Shown: piece after piece, positions 51,399-55,158 of the stretch
How positions within the stretch are numbered: position 1 is the first letter of the stretch
Layout: every line of letters starts with the position of its first letter
DNA from: Chlorobiaceae bacterium
GTDB lineage: Bacteria; Bacteroidota; Chlorobiia; Chlorobiales; Chlorobiaceae
Direction of reading: 5' to 3'
Assembly: GCA_037139755.1 (NCBI GenBank)
Contig: JBAXFV010000001.1
Coordinates: 1 to 55,158 of the forward strand
Length of the DNA stretch: 55,158 bases
The notes under the pieces: generated by a model
Databases searched by the model: none
What the model was told of the DNA's origin: nothing
Seen by the model: the letters and a program-made list of their open reading frames with translations, nothing else
Position numbers and translations under genes: made by a program

Positions 51399-52226
51399 TT
51401 ACTGCCAGCCATTAACCATCTTGAAGATTTCCCTGTCACCGATCGGCACAGGAATTGATGCTATGGGGTCGTCCTGAACCAGGGTATCTGCAATCTCGTT
51501 GTATGGTACAAGGCACTCGGCTTTTCCCTCGGTGTCATCCATGGCAAAGAGGGTTTTACCGGCAAAGCGGCTTTTACGGATCAATTCGTGGTAGGGCACT
51601 TTGGCGAGAAGCCTTGTACCGACTTTTTCGGCAAACTGGTCGAGCATGTTGGTGCCTCCGCCGGTGGTATAATCAACACGGTTGGCAACAATACCGGCAA
51701 GTTTGACTTTGTAGCGCACGCTTTTCTGCTGGATGGCCATGCAGAGTCGATTGGCAGCAAAGATGCTGTCGAAATCGTTGGTTGCAATAATAATTGCATA
51801 GTCAGCATAATTAAGCGGAGCACTGAAACCTCCACAAACAACGTCACCAAGAACGTCAAAAAGGATAACGTCATATTTATCGTACAGGCCAAGCTCCTGA
51901 AGCAGGGTTACGGATTCACCGACCACGTAGCCACCGCAGCCGCTTCCCGCAGGAGGACCGCCAGCTTCAAGACAGTCAATACCGGCAAATCCTGTTTCGA
52001 TAATATCCTCGGCACTCAGCTCTTCGTGATGAAAATCAACCTCTTCAAGAGCTTCAATAACGGTTTTCTGCAGTTTTCCAGTAATGGGAAAGGTACTGTC
52101 ATGCTTGGGATCGCAGCCGATCTGCAGTACCTTGGCGCCTTTCAGGGCAAGTGCCGCTGAAATGTTGGCGCTTGTGGTGCTTTTTCCTATACCGCCCTTG
52201 CCATATACCGCTAAGACTAAACTCAT
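51399..52226 (-). CDS. bchL: Dark-operative protochlorophyllide reductase Fe protein
   Basis: [45 protein letters not shown]. Confidence 0.97.
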   Translation of the reverse strand: MSLVLAVYGKGGIGKSTTSANISAALALKGAKVLQIGCDPKHDSTFPITGKLQKTVIEALEEVDFHHEELSAEDIIETGFAGIDCLEAGGPPAGSGCGGYVVGESVTLLQELGLYDKYDVILFDVLGDVVCGGFSAPLNYADYAIIIATNDFDSIFAANRLCMAIQQKSVRYKVKLAGIVANRVDYTTGGGTNMLDQFAEKVGTRLLAKVPYHELIRKSRFAGKTLFAMDDTEGKAECLVPYNEIADTLVQDDPIASIPVPIGDREIFKMVNGWQ

Positions 52227-52261
52227 AATAGTTAAAAGAAAAAAATGATTGATACAAAATC

Positions 52262-53869
52262 TTATCCGCCGAGAGACTCCTTTGCCTTTCGGAACACCTC
52301 AACGGTAACCACTGACTCGTCAATACTGCGTGCAAAGGTTTCAGTGTTCTTCCGCACCTTTTTGCGAACGAAAAATGGCACTTTCTTCAGCATTGTTTCA
52401 GCATCATCGCTCCATTTCATCTCTCCATCTTCAGGAAGAGCGGTGGCTTCAGAGAGAACTGGTGTTCCCGTTTTAACTACCTCCCTCTGACTGTCTGACG
52501 GAGCTGCCTGAAGCTCTTCAGAAGAAACACTCTCCTCGTATTCAAGACCGGCATCACCAAAAAAGTCGATGAGGTGCTTCTCAAGACCAAGTTTGCATGA
52601 AAGATAGACTCGGTCGGCAATAACATCGGCTCCGGCAAAACCGAAAAACGGATAATAACCGAGCAGATGGTTTTCAATATGTGTTGGAGGACAGACAACC
52701 ATGCAGGGAACATCAAGCTTGCGACAACTGTGACGCTCCATCTGTGTGCCGCAGACCAGATCAGGCATCTCATCCTCAATAACCCTGGCCACATCCTGAA
52801 AGCGATCAGTGACCATAAGCGCTCCGGGAAGGTATCCTTCCAACTCTTTACGCACCCAGTCAGCATGTTGCTCAAGGTAGGTCCCGGCACCGATAATCTG
52901 CATACCAAGTTCGTCGCGCAAGAACTTGACAAGACCAACAGTATGGGTGGCATCACCAAAAACAAAAGCCTTTTTATTGCTGAAACTCTCCATATCTGCT
53001 GTGCGGGCAAACCATGGAACACCACTCGGGGCGCTGAGACCATCGAGTGAAAATGCCTTGAGATTCGGCATGGAGAGAGGAGAAACACCCCGTTGAGCAG
53101 CTATTGCATTCAACTTTTCAATGAGCGAACGAAGCCAGGCCATGGTGGGTTCAACTCCTATTGGCGCTTCGCAGAGTGACGGCATGGAGAAGCGCTCTTC
53201 AAGATATACGGCTGCGTTAACACCGATTTCCTGATAGGGCGCGATATTGAGCCACGCTGCCGGAAGTCTTCCGAGATCCTCAATGCTGCTTCCCCATGGA
53301 GCAACAACATTCACCGTGATGCCCAGCGTCTGCAACATGCGGGTGATACTTGTCAAATTGGCGCGCAGATGAAAACCAAGTGAGGTAAAGCCAAGAATAT
53401 TCACCGACGGAGCTTCCGTTTTTTCCTGACTGACGGCGTAACGCTTCACCAGTTCCGTAAAGAGGCCATCTGCCGCTTCGTTTTCAGATACCCGGAAAGG
53501 GTTGAGCGCATAGACCATCAGTCGATCGTTCGGTACACCGGAATGGGCGGCAAGCTGATGGAGATCTTCCTGGAGCAGAGCGGTGCTGCAGCTTGGCGCA
53601 ATAACGATAAGTTCTGGATGGTAGTGGTGATCGACTTGCTGCAAGGTGGTCGGAAGTCGTGAGACTCCCTGCGCAAGGTCTCTGCCGCGAACCACGCTGA
53701 TGGACAATCCAGGAAATTGCGGAGTTCTTTCAAGCATGGTATAGGTGGCCGTAATGTAATCATCGCCCTGCGGGGCGTGATAGACGGTGTGAACCCCTTT
53801 CATACTGTTGGTGACTCGGCTGATACCATGAAGAGCTGTCCCTTCATAGAGCCAGAAAGCTAAGCGCAT
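52262..53869 (-). CDS. bchB: Dark-operative protochlorophyllide reductase subunit B
   Basis: [34 protein letters not shown]-terminal [11 protein letters not shown]. Confidence 0.97.
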   Translation of the reverse strand: MRLAFWLYEGTALHGISRVTNSMKGVHTVYHAPQGDDYITATYTMLERTPQFPGLSISVVRGRDLAQGVSRLPTTLQQVDHHYHPELIVIAPSCSTALLQEDLHQLAAHSGVPNDRLMVYALNPFRVSENEAADGLFTELVKRYAVSQEKTEAPSVNILGFTSLGFHLRANLTSITRMLQTLGITVNVVAPWGSSIEDLGRLPAAWLNIAPYQEIGVNAAVYLEERFSMPSLCEAPIGVEPTMAWLRSLIEKLNAIAAQRGVSPLSMPNLKAFSLDGLSAPSGVPWFARTADMESFSNKKAFVFGDATHTVGLVKFLRDELGMQIIGAGTYLEQHADWVRKELEGYLPGALMVTDRFQDVARVIEDEMPDLVCGTQMERHSCRKLDVPCMVVCPPTHIENHLLGYYPFFGFAGADVIADRVYLSCKLGLEKHLIDFFGDAGLEYEESVSSEELQAAPSDSQREVVKTGTPVLSEATALPEDGEMKWSDDAETMLKKVPFFVRKKVRKNTETFARSIDESVVTVEVFRKAKESLGG

Positions 53870-53908
53870 ACTTCTATAACGTTTTTTGTTGCATTGAGTT
53901 GCAGTAAA

Positions 53909-55158
53909 TTATTCGGCACTCGGCATAACACCTTCAAGCCATACTTTTTCATCAAATGCCGGCAGCTTGCTGCGGCGCTGAAGCGGTGAAACAAAGAGAT
54001 TGGCAAGAGAGATAACTCCTGACCAACTGTGAATGGGCATGAGCATAAACTCCATGCTCCACTTCACCACAAAACCATTGCCCACAAACGGATTGGCTGT
54101 CATCAGTGACGTGACAATCAGATCAGGTTTAATGCGCCTGACATCTTCAAGCTGGCGATGAAAGTTCGGCTGTTCAACAACACGCACACCGTCAAGCGCC
54201 TCAAGCTCACGTGCATGAAACTTCTTGATAATATAAGCACTGCTGCACTCGACAACATCTGCACCCGCATTGTGGAGAAAACGTGCAAGGGGCAGTTCCA
54301 TCATGGTATCGGCGGTCAGAAAGACTTTTTTCCCTTTCAGGAGATCGGTCTGTTTGCGGATCTTCTCCCATGCGGCTTTTTCCCGATCTCGAAGATCAAC
54401 GGTAATCCCGAATTCACGGGCAAGATCCTCCCAGAACGCTCTGGTACCGTCGGGGCCAAAGGGAAAGAGCGAGTGCAGAACGCTGCATCCCCGTTCACGG
54501 GAAAGCTTGACGGCAACTCTTGAAAGATAGGGCTGTATCGGAGCCAGAACGGTATCGGGACCAATGGCCGGCATCTTGTCGAAACGCGATTCAGGAAGAA
54601 ATCCGCCAACAGGAATACCAAGCTCCTCTGCCTCAGCCCTGAGATCATCAGCAGTCGAATCATTGACCGAGCCCAGGAAAACCACCTTTTTCTCTCCGGC
54701 AGGCGCCTGGGGACAGAATGGCACAAGTGCAGCGAGAACGGAATCTTCAGCCTGAGTAAAATTATAGACGAGACCGCTGGCAGGAACAAAGAGGACGGGA
54801 ACTTCCGGAGTGCTGAGATGGTGAGCCAAACCTTTGAAGTCAACCTTCATCACTTCGGGAGTACATGAAGAGAGGAGAAAAATAACCGATGGGTTATGAT
54901 CCGCCTTGATTTCACTGATAATTTCCTGAAGCGTCGGCTCATTTTTGGAAAGGTCTCCCTCCTCCATAAGGGCAATGCCAAAGCGCGGTTTGGCAAAAAT
55001 CATCATTCCGAGAGCATTCTGCAGAAAATGTGCGCAGGTATGCGTTCCAAGGATGAGAAAAAAACTGTCCTTGATCTTCTGATACATCCATCCGACACAG
55101 GCAAGACCACAAAAACTGTGCGTGACGTTATCTTCCTTGATTATCTGAATATCACCGG
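53909..55158 (-). CDS. bchN: Dark-operative protochlorophyllide reductase subunit N (start lies beyond the window)
   Basis: Frame is open to the window end ([22 protein letters not shown]); [21 protein letters not shown]. Confidence 0.95.
   Translation of the reverse strand, partial: GDIQIIKEDNVTHSFCGLACVGWMYQKIKDSFFLILGTHTCAHFLQNALGMMIFAKPRFGIALMEEGDLSKNEPTLQEIISEIKADHNPSVIFLLSSCTPEVMKVDFKGLAHHLSTPEVPVLFVPASGLVYNFTQAEDSVLAALVPFCPQAPAGEKKVVFLGSVNDSTADDLRAEAEELGIPVGGFLPESRFDKMPAIGPDTVLAPIQPYLSRVAVKLSRERGCSVLHSLFPFGPDGTRAFWEDLAREFGITVDLRDREKAAWEKIRKQTDLLKGKKVFLTADTMMELPLARFLHNAGADVVECSSAYIIKKFHARELEALDGVRVVEQPNFHRQLEDVRRIKPDLIVTSLMTANPFVGNGFVVKWSMEFMLMPIHSWSGVISLANLFVSPLQRRSKLPAFDEKVWLEGVMPSAE

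Noticed and set aside
51399-55158. Nitrogenase nifHDK
   Set aside because: Motifs ([24 protein letters not shown]) identify DPOR BchL/B/N.

Overview
Core chromosome segment of a green sulfur bacterium (Chlorobiaceae). It carries chlorosome genes csmC-csmA flanked by two Get3/ArsA-family ATPases and a 508-aa unknown, and (bacterio)chlorophyll genes: two Mg-chelatase large subunits, bchM, bchE, bchK, bchJ and bchLBN. Also present are cruC, iscS/iscU-type Fe-S genes and housekeeping genes (ssb, holA, hisG, miaB, ndk, rsmE, lpxA, hemW, gmhB, glgA). No rRNA, tRNA, CRISPR array, integrase or transposase was seen. The strongest unexplained signal is a small DUF1566/C-type-lectin-fold gene after bchE whose last ~45 codons look like the variable region of a diversity-generating retroelement. 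No reverse transcriptase or template repeat was found in the window, so it is a candidate remote DGR target. Other leads: a possible Get3d-based chlorosome protein delivery module, a divergent spt/cerR-like sphingolipid pair, a bchK-isoprenol kinase pair, a GlgA with degenerate motifs, a catalytically truncated TPR-CHAT lipoprotein and a structured leader upstream of iscS. All calls come from reading motifs by eye; no searches were run.
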